A DNA stretch of 64,000 nt. Origin: Vulcanimicrobiota bacterium (GTDB taxonomy: Bacteria; Vulcanimicrobiota; Vulcanimicrobiia; Vulcanimicrobiales; Vulcanimicrobiaceae). The stretch is taken from assembly GCA_963733295.1 (NCBI GenBank), contig CAVTCS010000003.1:1440001-1504000 (forward strand), written 5' to 3'. This document shows, one piece after another, positions 1 to 8,594 of this stretch. Every line of letters begins with the position of its first letter. Position 1 is the first letter of the stretch. The position numbers and the translations under genes were made by a program. The notes beneath the pieces are model-generated. The model saw nothing but the letters and a program-made list of their open reading frames with translations. It had not been told where the DNA came from and did not search any database.

Positions 1-485
1 GGATTCAGGAAGTCCCGAACGGCGGAGCCTTCGCGCAAAAACTCCGGAGCGTAGACGAGTTCGCCCCATTTTTCCACGAAGGGCACGAACGCGTCGCAAG
101 TACCGGGTGGCACCGTCGAACGCACGACGATCGTCGGCCAGGCCGCAAAGTTCACGCCCGCAAGTTCGGTCAGCGCGTTGTCGAGCGCCGAGAGATCTGC
201 AGAGCCGTCGTCGCGCGAGGGCGTACCCACCGCGACGAGCACGATCTCGGCGCTGCGCGCAGCTTCGTCGAGCGAGTTGAAGAAATGCATCCGCCCGTTG
301 TCGACGTGTTTTTTGAGGGCTTCCTGGAGACCGTCCTCGCGATAGGGCGGCGTTCCCGCCCTCAGCCGCTCGATGCGCTCCGGAGCGATGTCGTAGCCGT
401 GCACGGTCCATCCCAGCTCGGCGAGGCCGATCATGCAAGCCATCCCGACGTACCCGGTCCCGATAATGCAAATCGGTCGATTCAT
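1..485 (-). CDS. ugd: UDP-glucose/GDP-mannose dehydrogenase family protein (5' part; runs off window)
   Basis: Manual translation from ATG at 485 gives MNRPICIIGTGYVGMACMIGLAELGWTVHGYDI..., with a Rossmann GxGxxG and later AVGTPS and VVRSTVPPGT motifs. It lies directly downstream of the sugar transferase. Confidence 0.9.
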   Translation of the reverse strand, partial: MNRPICIIGTGYVGMACMIGLAELGWTVHGYDIAPERIERLRAGTPPYREDGLQEALKKHVDNGRMHFFNSLDEAARSAEIVLVAVGTPSRDDGSADLSALDNALTELAGVNFAAWPTIVVRSTVPPGTCDAFVPFVEKWGELVYAPEFLREGSAVRDFLN

Positions 486-488
486 AGT

Positions 489-1115
489 CTAATAAGCCCC
501 GCGTTGCAGCACGACGGAAAGGAACGTGCGCACGAGGAGCGAGCCATCGAGCGCGGGCGAAGCGCGACGTATATAATCGATATCGAGGGCCGTCGCGTCG
601 GGATGGTCGAGGGGGATTCGCGACCGGCAAGTGGCCTGCCAAATGCAGGTGATGCCGGGCGTGATCAAGTGACGCAGGTGCTGCCAGCGTTCGTAACGCC
701 CGATGATCAGCGGCATTTCGGGACGTGGCCCGATCAAGGACATATCGCCGCGCAGCACGTTGAAGAGTTGAGGTAACTCGTCGATCGACGCTTTTCGCAA
801 GAAGCGTCCGACGAAGGTGATCCGCGGGTCTCGGCCTTGGGTCGGCGACTGTTGATCGCGACAATCGGCCTTCCGCATGGTGCGTAGTTTGTAAATCGTG
901 AAAGTCCGCTCGAAGCGACCGGCCCGGCGCTGCCGGAAGATGACCGGTCCGCCGTCTTCGAGCGCGATGGCGAGGCCGGCCAGAGCCATAAACGGCGTCG
1001 CCACGACGAGAAGGCCCAGTGCGAGCGCGACATCCACGACGCGACGTGCGCGGTACGCAGCCGGATTCGGGCGGTAGATCAGCGCGACCTCACCCGCAGC
1101 CGATACCGGACTCAT
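489..1115 (-). CDS. Priming sugar transferase (bacterial sugar transferase, WcaJ/WbaP C-terminal type)
   Basis: Motifs GPVIFRQRRAG, IYKLRTM, DPRITFVGRFLRKASIDELPQLFNVLRGDMSLIGPRPE and PGIT. Start set at ATG 1115, which overlaps the upstream stop (ATGA). Confidence 0.92.
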   Translation of the reverse strand: MSPVSAAGEVALIYRPNPAAYRARRVVDVALALGLLVVATPFMALAGLAIALEDGGPVIFRQRRAGRFERTFTIYKLRTMRKADCRDQQSPTQGRDPRITFVGRFLRKASIDELPQLFNVLRGDMSLIGPRPEMPLIIGRYERWQHLRHLITPGITCIWQATCRSRIPLDHPDATALDIDYIRRASPALDGSLLVRTFLSVVLQRGAY

Positions 1116-2263
1116 GGCTTGAAAAGCCAAACGGCGCTGACGATGTTTTGGAAAATCCCGCTGTAGTCGATCTTGTGACCCTCGGGTACGAAGACCAGGT
1201 CGCCGTCCTTCAATTGCGGATTTTGGGACATATCGCCGTGTACGAGCTTTGTGATGTCGTACGACGTGCGCGTCCCGTTCGACTCGACTTGCACCTTGCC
1301 GAGGTCTGCCCACTTGGTCGGGCCACCCGCTGCGAAAATTGCGTTCAGCAGCGAAAAATTGGTCTTGAGCACGACGGTGCTCGGCTTGTCGACGAGCCCT
1401 GCAACCGCTACTCGCGGGGCCGTGGACACCAAAAGCGAATCGTCTTTCGCCGGTGGCTGCGAGAAAACCGGATCGCCGAGGGCGACGTATTGCGTCGTGC
1501 CGCCGCGTGCGAGGGCGATGTGCGATGTGGCGGCCGAGGCGTTCAAGCCGCCGGCCTGCACGATTGCGTCAGACAAGGGTTCGTCGGTCCAAAGATGCGC
1601 GATGCTCGGAACCTGCACGTCGCCGGCTACGCGCACGGCGACCGGCTTATCGACGAGCACGATCGTGTCGCCGGCATGAAGCACCGGGCCGCTTTGCCCG
1701 CTGGACGAAAGTGCCGCGACGTCAAAGATACCCAAGCTCGCCCCGTCGCGTTGGACTCCGATGCGCCGTAGATCGATCCGCGAGGAAGCAAGCTGGTCGA
1801 GGTTGCGGCCCGAGCCCTCGTTCGCAACGGTCGATAGCGTCGACACGGTCGGCTTCCCGTTCACCGGAAGATCCGCCAGGGCGGCGGACAACGTCTCGCC
1901 GGGCTGGTATTTCAAAACGCCGCCTGGGCCGCCGGAGACGTAGAGCACCGCTAACTGCGTCTTGAGCTGAACGTCGACGGCGGGCTTGATTACATAAGGC
2001 TCGAGCGCAGATTTGATGCGTTCGGCGATCTGGTTCAGATCCAAGCCCCCAACGTCGATCGTCCCGGCCAGCGTGAGAGAAATGCGTTCGGCTCCGTCGA
2101 CGTCGACCGGTCCCGAGAGTTCGGGATGACCGTAGACCGTCACGACCAACTGATCGCCGGCATGCACCGCAGCAGCGGCCGGCACCGCAGCGAACAGTAC
2201 GCCAAAGACGACCAGAGCGCTCAACATCGCTCGAATTTTCACGGTTGAGGCCCTCCGCAGCAC
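1112..2263 (-). CDS. Polysaccharide export protein (Wza-like, Poly_export + SLBB domains)
   Basis: Signal peptide, GDQLVVTVYGHPELSG...VDGAERISL, repeated SLBB motifs (LSDAIVQAGG, LLNAIFAAGG) and LKDGDLVFVP. Confidence 0.88.
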   Translation of the reverse strand: MLRRASTVKIRAMLSALVVFGVLFAAVPAAAAVHAGDQLVVTVYGHPELSGPVDVDGAERISLTLAGTIDVGGLDLNQIAERIKSALEPYVIKPAVDVQLKTQLAVLYVSGGPGGVLKYQPGETLSAALADLPVNGKPTVSTLSTVANEGSGRNLDQLASSRIDLRRIGVQRDGASLGIFDVAALSSSGQSGPVLHAGDTIVLVDKPVAVRVAGDVQVPSIAHLWTDEPLSDAIVQAGGLNASAATSHIALARGGTTQYVALGDPVFSQPPAKDDSLLVSTAPRVAVAGLVDKPSTVVLKTNFSLLNAIFAAGGPTKWADLGKVQVESNGTRTSYDITKLVHGDMSQNPQLKDGDLVFVPEGHKIDYSGIFQNIVSAVWLFKP

Positions 2264-2439
2264 GTTGAGCCGAGAAAAAAACCGCTCGACCCACGGCAGG
2301 ACCCAACACTAACGCGAAACCACAGCACCCGCAATGGCCCAAATTGGATAACCCAAAATGGGGGAGCCATCAGCCTCTATGCGTTCCGGCTTAGTCACTG
2401 TACGCTCGTGCTTCACCGCGTTTCAAACTCCCCTACATT

Positions 2440-2467
2440 GAATGCCCTTAAGAGAATGCCCTTAAGA
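2440..2467. repeat. Perfect 14-bp tandem repeat (GAATGCCCTTAAGA x2) in the wza/luxR divergent intergenic region
   Basis: Read directly: 2440-2453 and 2454-2467 are identical. Confidence 0.9.
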
Positions 2468-2539
2468 ATGTCAAGAGAAAGTTAAGGACGGCGATGGACG
2501 CGGAGCGTGTAAGCTGCGAGAGATAGATCGAGGTGCGCC

Positions 2540-3091
2540 GTGCTGAGTTCGAACGCTTCTTCTCCGACATTCGTGGTGACCGATCCGCACGGGCGGGTAA
2601 GGTACGCTTCCGCGGATCCGTCCGGCGAGAGCGATCTGGCGCGGATTATGGCGAACTCAGACACCCTGCAGCCTGAGGTTGAAACCTTCTTGCGCGGCAT
2701 TGCCGGCAGTAACGCGCTTCCACCGCTGCGGACGACGTTCTTAGACGAGGAGCACGTCTTGCGCGCGGCGCGCCTGGTCGGCTCCGGCGGCACGATGTTC
2801 GTGCTCACCGTCGAACTGGACCGGAACCGCGAAAGTTTGTCGCGCGCGGCCCGGCGGCATCTCCTGACTCGCCGCGAAACCTCGGTCCTGAAGCTGATCC
2901 TGGACGGACTCAGCACCGGCGAGATTGCCGAAACGCTCGGGATTTCGGAACACACCGTCCAGGGATACTTCAAGCGCCTGCTCTCGAAGACCGGCGCGCG
3001 CAACCGCGTGTCGATGGTCGCGCGAATATTGGATTGGGAGCCCCAACACCGGGCCGAAAGACCCGAGCCGGCGATTACCGTCGCGGTCTAG
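2540..3091 (+). CDS. LuxR-family helix-turn-helix transcriptional regulator
   Basis: C-terminal LTRRETSVLKLILDGLSTGEIAETLGISEHTVQGYFKRLLSKTGARNR is a LuxR/GerE HTH. Confidence 0.9.
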   Translation: MLSSNASSPTFVVTDPHGRVRYASADPSGESDLARIMANSDTLQPEVETFLRGIAGSNALPPLRTTFLDEEHVLRAARLVGSGGTMFVLTVELDRNRESLSRAARRHLLTRRETSVLKLILDGLSTGEIAETLGISEHTVQGYFKRLLSKTGARNRVSMVARILDWEPQHRAERPEPAITVAV

Positions 3092-3130
3092 CACCCCCCA
3101 AACGGGGGGTGGATCCCGATTTTGAGGGAT
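3092..3130. promoter_or_regulatory. Two adjacent CCC-N-GGG palindromes, candidate regulator binding sites
   Basis: CACCCCCC-AAAC-GGGGGGTG (3092-3111) and ATCCC-GATTTTGA-GGGAT (3113-3130) lie between luxR and the cupin operon. There is no T-tract. Confidence 0.45.
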
Positions 3131-3184
3131 TGCCGCCCAGTTGGATTTCACGCTATCCTCGCCAACACTGCCCGGGGTCTCACT

Positions 3185-4054
3185 ATGCTCTCCACTCGCG
3201 ATTGCTCGTCGTCTCTCGCCGCGAAATATAATCGCGAGAGTTTTAAGTTCGAGCACGACAAGGACGCGCTGAGCATCTTCGACTTGCCGCAATTGGTCGA
3301 GATGGCGGAGCGCTTGCCGGACGCCGCCTATTACTCGACTGCCGATGCCGGAATCGGAGACGGGTGGAAGCACGTCGGGTCGCGGCGCCCTACCTTACGC
3401 GAGACGCTCGAGACGATGGCCGAATCGAATTCGCTCGTCTTGCTGAAACACTGCGAGAAGGATCCCGAAAACGGTCACATCTTTCGCGCGATCATCGACG
3501 AGACGGTCGAACGCTGTGGTAGCGAGTTGCGCGACGACGTCGAAATCGCTCGCGCCACCCTCGTCATCAGTTCACCTCGAAGAATAACCTCGTACCACAT
3601 CGACGCCGAGGTGAATTTCTTGCTTCAAGTGCGCGGCCGGAAAACGCTCAACGTCTTCAATCCCAAGGACAGAGACGTCCTCAGCGATTCCGAGCTCGAG
3701 GCATTTTATACCGGCGACTGGGACGGGGCCCACTACAAACCCGAGCGGCAGAGTGGGGCCAGCGTGTTCGAGCTCGAACCTGGTTACGGCATACACATTC
3801 CGCTCCACGCGCCTCACTGGGCGCAAAACGGCGACGCGGTTGCGGTCGGGTTAAGCCTCAACTTCAATCTGCGCTCGGGCGCGAGGCTCGCGCGGCTCTA
3901 CAAAGTGAACCGCAGGCTTCGCCGTGCCGGCGTTCGTCCGGCTGCGCCGGGCGTTTCGCCTTGGCAAGATCGTCTGAAGCTCGCCGCCTTTTCGGGCGCT
4001 AGCGTCGCGCGCCGTTTCCTTCGGGGTACGCCGCATCGCCAGGCGAAAGTCTGA
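3185..4054 (+). CDS. JmjC/cupin-like Fe(II)-dependent oxygenase, paralogue 1
   Basis: HxD...H facial triad (YHIDAE...APHW), LLQVRGRKT and FELEPGYGIHIP. Start set at ATG 3185. Confidence 0.78.
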   Translation: MLSTRDCSSSLAAKYNRESFKFEHDKDALSIFDLPQLVEMAERLPDAAYYSTADAGIGDGWKHVGSRRPTLRETLETMAESNSLVLLKHCEKDPENGHIFRAIIDETVERCGSELRDDVEIARATLVISSPRRITSYHIDAEVNFLLQVRGRKTLNVFNPKDRDVLSDSELEAFYTGDWDGAHYKPERQSGASVFELEPGYGIHIPLHAPHWAQNGDAVAVGLSLNFNLRSGARLARLYKVNRRLRRAGVRPAAPGVSPWQDRLKLAAFSGASVARRFLRGTPHRQAKV

Positions 4055-4095
4055 CGGGGGCAGGCGCGGGTCTGCTTGGTGGACGTGTTAAGCTC

Positions 4096-5247
4096 TTGCG
4101 CGCGGCCATTCTCTCGATGGCGATTGTCGTCACGGTCGTGGCCGTGCTGACGGAACAGCGGATGAGCTCGGCGCTGCCGCGCCCCTCGGGCCCTCTTCCA
4201 GTCGGCGTCACCACCCTCACGCTCGTGCGCGAAACGAGCGGCGGCGTCGCGCCCGGCACCTATGAAGTGCAAGTCTGGTACCCGGGCCGCAAATCAAACG
4301 ACCGCGCGCCGTACGGAACCGGAGTGCCAGGCTTCAAGAGCTTCCTCTATCACCGTCTGGTACGATCGCATGCCGCGCGAGACGTAGCCGTCGCGGGAGC
4401 GACGGAAAGGTTCCCCGTCGTCGTCTACGTCGCAGGTTGGGGAGGCCAACGCACCGACAACACGATCGTCTCCGAAGATCTCGCGAGCAACGGCTTCGTG
4501 GTCGCAGCCATAAGCGATCCCTCGCACGATGACCCGCCTGCGGCGAGCTTCGTCGCGCCGGCCGACTTCACTTCGCAACGCTCTTATGAAGCGACGGTTC
4601 GTCTCGCCGCGGTGCGGCTCGCGTACGAGGCGCGCCGCGCATCGGACGTGCTTGACGAATTGCAACTGCTCGACCGGCGCGATCCGTCAGGCCGCTTTAC
4701 GAATCGCTTACGCCTGACCGATGCGGGCATCGTCGGCTTCTCGTTCGGTGGCGCCGTCGCGCTCGAGGCCTGCAGACGCGACGAACGCTTCGCTGCCGCG
4801 GTCAACATCGATGGCTGGCTGTTCGATGCTCGAAATGCGCGGATGTGCCCCTACATGCTGATCAGCGACAACGCGCCGCCTCCGACGCAGGCAGATCTTA
4901 CTTCCGCCGATCTCGAACACCGTTTCGAATCGATCTTGACGGTCGCGGATGAGCCACTGCAGAAGGCGGCGCTCTCGTACGACGGCTACGCGTTGCTCGT
5001 AGATGGTGCGACTCACGTCGATTTTACCGATGCACCCGCCTATTCGCCGCTGAAGTGGTACCGTCGAGCGAGCATCGATCCTAGGCGGATGAGCAACATC
5101 CTCACCCGCTATCTGCTGAGTTTCTTCGGAGCGTACGTCAAGGGCGAACCTTCGCCGCTGCTCGTTCCCGGGGCGACGCTCGATCCGGCAGCGAAACTGA
5201 CCCACGCGGGCGGCAACCGCGAGCGCCGGCGAGGATCGGCGTCGTGA
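4096..5247 (+). CDS. Secreted/membrane-anchored alpha/beta hydrolase (PAF-acetylhydrolase-like)
   Basis: GPLPVG, VQVWYP, FPVVVY, LASNGFVV, nucleophile elbow GFSFGG, NIDGW and HVDFTD; hydrophobic N-terminus. Confidence 0.8.
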   Translation: MRAAILSMAIVVTVVAVLTEQRMSSALPRPSGPLPVGVTTLTLVRETSGGVAPGTYEVQVWYPGRKSNDRAPYGTGVPGFKSFLYHRLVRSHAARDVAVAGATERFPVVVYVAGWGGQRTDNTIVSEDLASNGFVVAAISDPSHDDPPAASFVAPADFTSQRSYEATVRLAAVRLAYEARRASDVLDELQLLDRRDPSGRFTNRLRLTDAGIVGFSFGGAVALEACRRDERFAAAVNIDGWLFDARNARMCPYMLISDNAPPPTQADLTSADLEHRFESILTVADEPLQKAALSYDGYALLVDGATHVDFTDAPAYSPLKWYRRASIDPRRMSNILTRYLLSFFGAYVKGEPSPLLVPGATLDPAAKLTHAGGNRERRRGSAS

Positions 5248-5981
5248 GCGGATGGTTTTTTCGTCCGAAACCGGACTCCACGTATCGGGCGCGAGTCGTG
5301 TGCTTCCCATACGCCGGAGGCAGTCCCGGTATATTCCGACGGTGGGCGCAACTGTCGCCGCCCGACGTAGAAATCGTCGCGATGCGACTCCCGGGGCGGG
5401 AGTCGCGCTTGGCGGAAGCGCCGTACGAGAACTGGGCTCCGCTCATCGCCGACGCAAGCGTCGCTCTACGCCCGCTGCTCGACCTTCCCGTCGTTCTTTT
5501 CGGACACAGCTTCGGCGCAATGCTCGCATACGAACTCGCCTGCGAACTCGAGCAACAGGGACGTGGCAGCGACTTGACACTCGTAGTTTCAGCCTGCCGC
5601 GGGCCGGGCCGCCAGGCGCGTTTTCCCGCGCCGCACGACGCCTCGAGCGCTCAACTCTGGTCGTGGGTACGCGCGTTGAACGCAACACCGGCCGGGATCA
5701 TCGACGACCCGGCGATGCGCGCCGCGCTCGAACCGGCGTTACGGGCCGATCTGGGGCTCGCGCAGACTTGGAGCGAACGCCGGCCGGAACGAATCGCGCT
5801 ACCGATTACGGCTTTCCGCGGCGCACTCGATCTCCTCGTATCCGGCCCGGACGTACGAGCTTGGAAGGTCTGCACGTCCAAGCGATTTCGGAGCATCGAA
5901 TTCGAAGGCGACCACTTCTTCATCAATTGCCTCGAAGCCGCCGTCGTCGAAACGCTCGCCGGCCTGTGTGAGGCGGCGTGA
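5244..5981 (+). CDS. Type II thioesterase (GrsT/RifR-like)
   Basis: CFPYAGG, LPGRESRL, GHSFGA, LRADL and GDHFF. Confidence 0.9.
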   Translation: MSGWFFRPKPDSTYRARVVCFPYAGGSPGIFRRWAQLSPPDVEIVAMRLPGRESRLAEAPYENWAPLIADASVALRPLLDLPVVLFGHSFGAMLAYELACELEQQGRGSDLTLVVSACRGPGRQARFPAPHDASSAQLWSWVRALNATPAGIIDDPAMRAALEPALRADLGLAQTWSERRPERIALPITAFRGALDLLVSGPDVRAWKVCTSKRFRSIEFEGDHFFINCLEAAVVETLAGLCEAA

Positions 5982-6889
5982 AGGCCACAAACATCGAGCG
6001 CATCGCGGGGCCGCCTTGGCTCGATGCGAACGAGGACGTCTTTCGCGAAGCCTTCGACCGCCGGAGCTTCGCTTTCGCGCACCGGCTTGCCGGTCATCCG
6101 CTTTTCGAGCCGCACCGCCTCCTGGAACTTGCTCGCAAGCTGGCTGAAGACCCGCGCGACGTGTACTACGACGCCGGCCCCATTCGCGTCGACCAGCGTT
6201 GGGATCAAACGGCCGTCTGCGACCTGCCCCTCGACTACCTCTTGAATCGGATCGAAACCGCGGGAGCGTGGATCGTTCTTCGGCGGGCCGAGAAAGATCC
6301 CGAGTACGCGCAGCTGCTCGACGCGTGCATGAACGAAATCGAGACGCTGGCCGGGGGAGACCTGCGCGAAACGATCAAATTGCGTAATGCTATCGTGTTC
6401 ATCAATTCGCCGAATCGAATCAGCAGCTACCACATCGATCGCGAATGCAACTGTCTACTGCAGATCAGCGGCAGCAAGACCCTGAGCGTTTTCGACCGTT
6501 ACGATCGAGACGTACTTCCCGAGGACGAAATCGAGCGCTTCTGGGCGATCGACAACAATTCGGCAGTGTATAAGCCCGAATACGAAGATCGAGCGATGAA
6601 GTTCGCGCTCGTGCCCGGCGTCGGCGTCCACATCCCGGTCAATGCGCCCCACTGGGTCCAGAACGGCCCCGATGTCTCGATCTCGTTGAGCATCAACTTT
6701 CACTACCGCGATTCCGTGCTCGGCGACGTTTATCGAGCGAACTATTGGCTGCGCCAGGCGGGCCTTCGGCCGTTACCGCCGGAGCGCTCGCGAACCTCCG
6801 CTACGCTGAAGAGCGCGGCTTACGGCGCGGCTCGCGCGCTACGCTCGAATCTCATTTCGGCGCTGACGCAAACGAGAAAGCGGCCGTGA
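5978..6889 (+). CDS. JmjC/cupin-like Fe(II)-dependent oxygenase, paralogue 2
   Basis: YHIDRE...APHWVQNG, LLQISGSKT; clearly similar to 3185-4054. Confidence 0.8.
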   Translation: MKATNIERIAGPPWLDANEDVFREAFDRRSFAFAHRLAGHPLFEPHRLLELARKLAEDPRDVYYDAGPIRVDQRWDQTAVCDLPLDYLLNRIETAGAWIVLRRAEKDPEYAQLLDACMNEIETLAGGDLRETIKLRNAIVFINSPNRISSYHIDRECNCLLQISGSKTLSVFDRYDRDVLPEDEIERFWAIDNNSAVYKPEYEDRAMKFALVPGVGVHIPVNAPHWVQNGPDVSISLSINFHYRDSVLGDVYRANYWLRQAGLRPLPPERSRTSATLKSAAYGAARALRSNLISALTQTRKRP

Positions 6890-7713
6890 CGAACGTAAAG
6901 CGTCCGCTCAAAGCGTTCGTTGCGACCGCCACGCGCTGGCCGCTGCTCGGCGGCGCCTTGAACACTGCTTACCGGCGTTACTTCAACTCGGTCGGTGGGA
7001 ATGCCCGACTCTTCTGCGGCGTCTTTCCCGATTTCGCCTCGGCCGAACTGGCGGTACCCGCGCACCGTCTGGTCGGATACGACAATGCGCCCTCGGCAGA
7101 GCGTATGATGGCCGAATGGCTGGGCGTCTACCCGAGCGACTATCCCGTTCTCTTTTGGCTCCAAAAGCTTCTGCGGGATTCCTTCACGGTTTTCGACTGG
7201 GGCGGGAACGTCGGAATCAAGTACTTCGCTTTCAGTTCGTATTTGACGTACCCTGAAAATCTGCGCTGGGTCGTGAACGACGTTCCGGCGGTCCTCCAAC
7301 TCGGCCGGGAAGTCGCCGCGCGCGAGTCCGCAACGGCACTTCACTTTACGGCCGAAATGGACGAACTCGGGCAAGCCGACATCCTTCTAGCATCGGGAGT
7401 CGTGCAGTTCATCGACGACCCGTTCGCCCGCCTAAGTTCGGCGGCGTCGCTTCCCGAGCACCTTATTTTCAATAAGGTCCCTCTCTACGATAAGCCGTCG
7501 CGGGTCACGTTGCACAACATGGGGGTCGCGTTCTGCCCGTACCATCTCTTCAATCGGGCATCCTTCGTCGCGTCGGTAGAAGCACTCGGTTACGAGCTGC
7601 GCGACGAATGGGCGTCGCCTGACATCTCGTGCAATATCCCGCTCTCGCCGCAATACTCGGTCGCGGCCTACACGGGGTTGTACTTCCTCAAGTCGCGAAG
7701 CGCTCGGCCATGA
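6886..7713 (+). CDS. SAM-dependent methyltransferase (TIGR04325/LIC12133-like)
   Basis: DYPVLFWL, VFDWGGNVG, WVVNDVP and DILLASGVVQF. GTG start overlaps the upstream stop. Confidence 0.75.
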   Translation: MTNVKRPLKAFVATATRWPLLGGALNTAYRRYFNSVGGNARLFCGVFPDFASAELAVPAHRLVGYDNAPSAERMMAEWLGVYPSDYPVLFWLQKLLRDSFTVFDWGGNVGIKYFAFSSYLTYPENLRWVVNDVPAVLQLGREVAARESATALHFTAEMDELGQADILLASGVVQFIDDPFARLSSAASLPEHLIFNKVPLYDKPSRVTLHNMGVAFCPYHLFNRASFVASVEALGYELRDEWASPDISCNIPLSPQYSVAAYTGLYFLKSRSARP

Positions 7714-8594
7714 TTCGCGAGGGCGTGGGGTTCTTTGCCGACCGGGAGACCTTCGAACGCGATTACGATCGCGAACCGTTCGGCTACGACCACAACCTGA
7801 GCGAGCTCGACCTCTTCAGCGAAGCGTCGCTGCGCGAGCTCGCGGCGCGCTACGAACGAGATTACTTCGTAGCCGCCGGGGCTAACTCGGCCGGAACTGC
7901 GTTCTATTCGGTGCCGAGCGGCGAATACGCACCGGTCGAAGCTTTTGACCGTCTCGATTCGATCAATCAGCGAATTCTGCTAAAGATGCCCGAAAACTAC
8001 GATCCGCGCTATCGCGATCTCATGGAGGCGCTCTTCGAACAGGTCGTCGAAAGGCGCGGCGATTTGCGAGGCGAGCGCGTCGTCCGTCTCGCTTCGTCGA
8101 TCTTGATAAGCTCGGCTGCGGCGATCACGCCGTTTCATTTCGATCCCGAGCTATCGTTCTTCTTTCAAATCTCGGGAGAGAAAATTTACCATCTCTATTC
8201 CCCTTCCGTACTCTCCGAAGAAGAGCTCGAACGCTTTTACGTCATGGGAATCGTCAACATCGGACAGGTCGACCTCGAGGGCCGCGATCCCGGTAGCGAA
8301 CACGTCTTTCGGCTCGTCGCCGGCAAAGGAATGCATCAGCCTCAAAATTGCCCGCACTGGGTCGAGACGCGGCTAACCCGGTCGATCTCCTACGTTTTCT
8401 CGTATGAGACCGATATGACGCGATCGATAGGCCGCACGCGCGCCTTCAACCACTACATGCGCTCGATCGGGCTGCGACCGTCCGCGCCGGGTTCTCATCC
8501 GGCCCGAGACGCGCGCAAAGCGAAGGCGATGGAAGTCTTCATCCCCATCCGCAAGCGCGCGAGTGAGGCGCTAAGGAAGACCTTCCGCCGCTAG
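7710..8594 (+). CDS. JmjC/cupin-like Fe(II)-dependent oxygenase, paralogue 3
   Basis: TPFHFDPE...CPHWVET, FFQISGEK. ATG overlaps the upstream stop (ATGA). Confidence 0.78.
   Translation: MIREGVGFFADRETFERDYDREPFGYDHNLSELDLFSEASLRELAARYERDYFVAAGANSAGTAFYSVPSGEYAPVEAFDRLDSINQRILLKMPENYDPRYRDLMEALFEQVVERRGDLRGERVVRLASSILISSAAAITPFHFDPELSFFFQISGEKIYHLYSPSVLSEEELERFYVMGIVNIGQVDLEGRDPGSEHVFRLVAGKGMHQPQNCPHWVETRLTRSISYVFSYETDMTRSIGRTRAFNHYMRSIGLRPSAPGSHPARDARKAKAMEVFIPIRKRASEALRKTFRR

Noticed and set aside
3092..3111. Intrinsic terminator after luxR
   Set aside because: The hairpin has no T-tract and resembles other palindromes upstream of operons, so I treated it as a candidate binding site.
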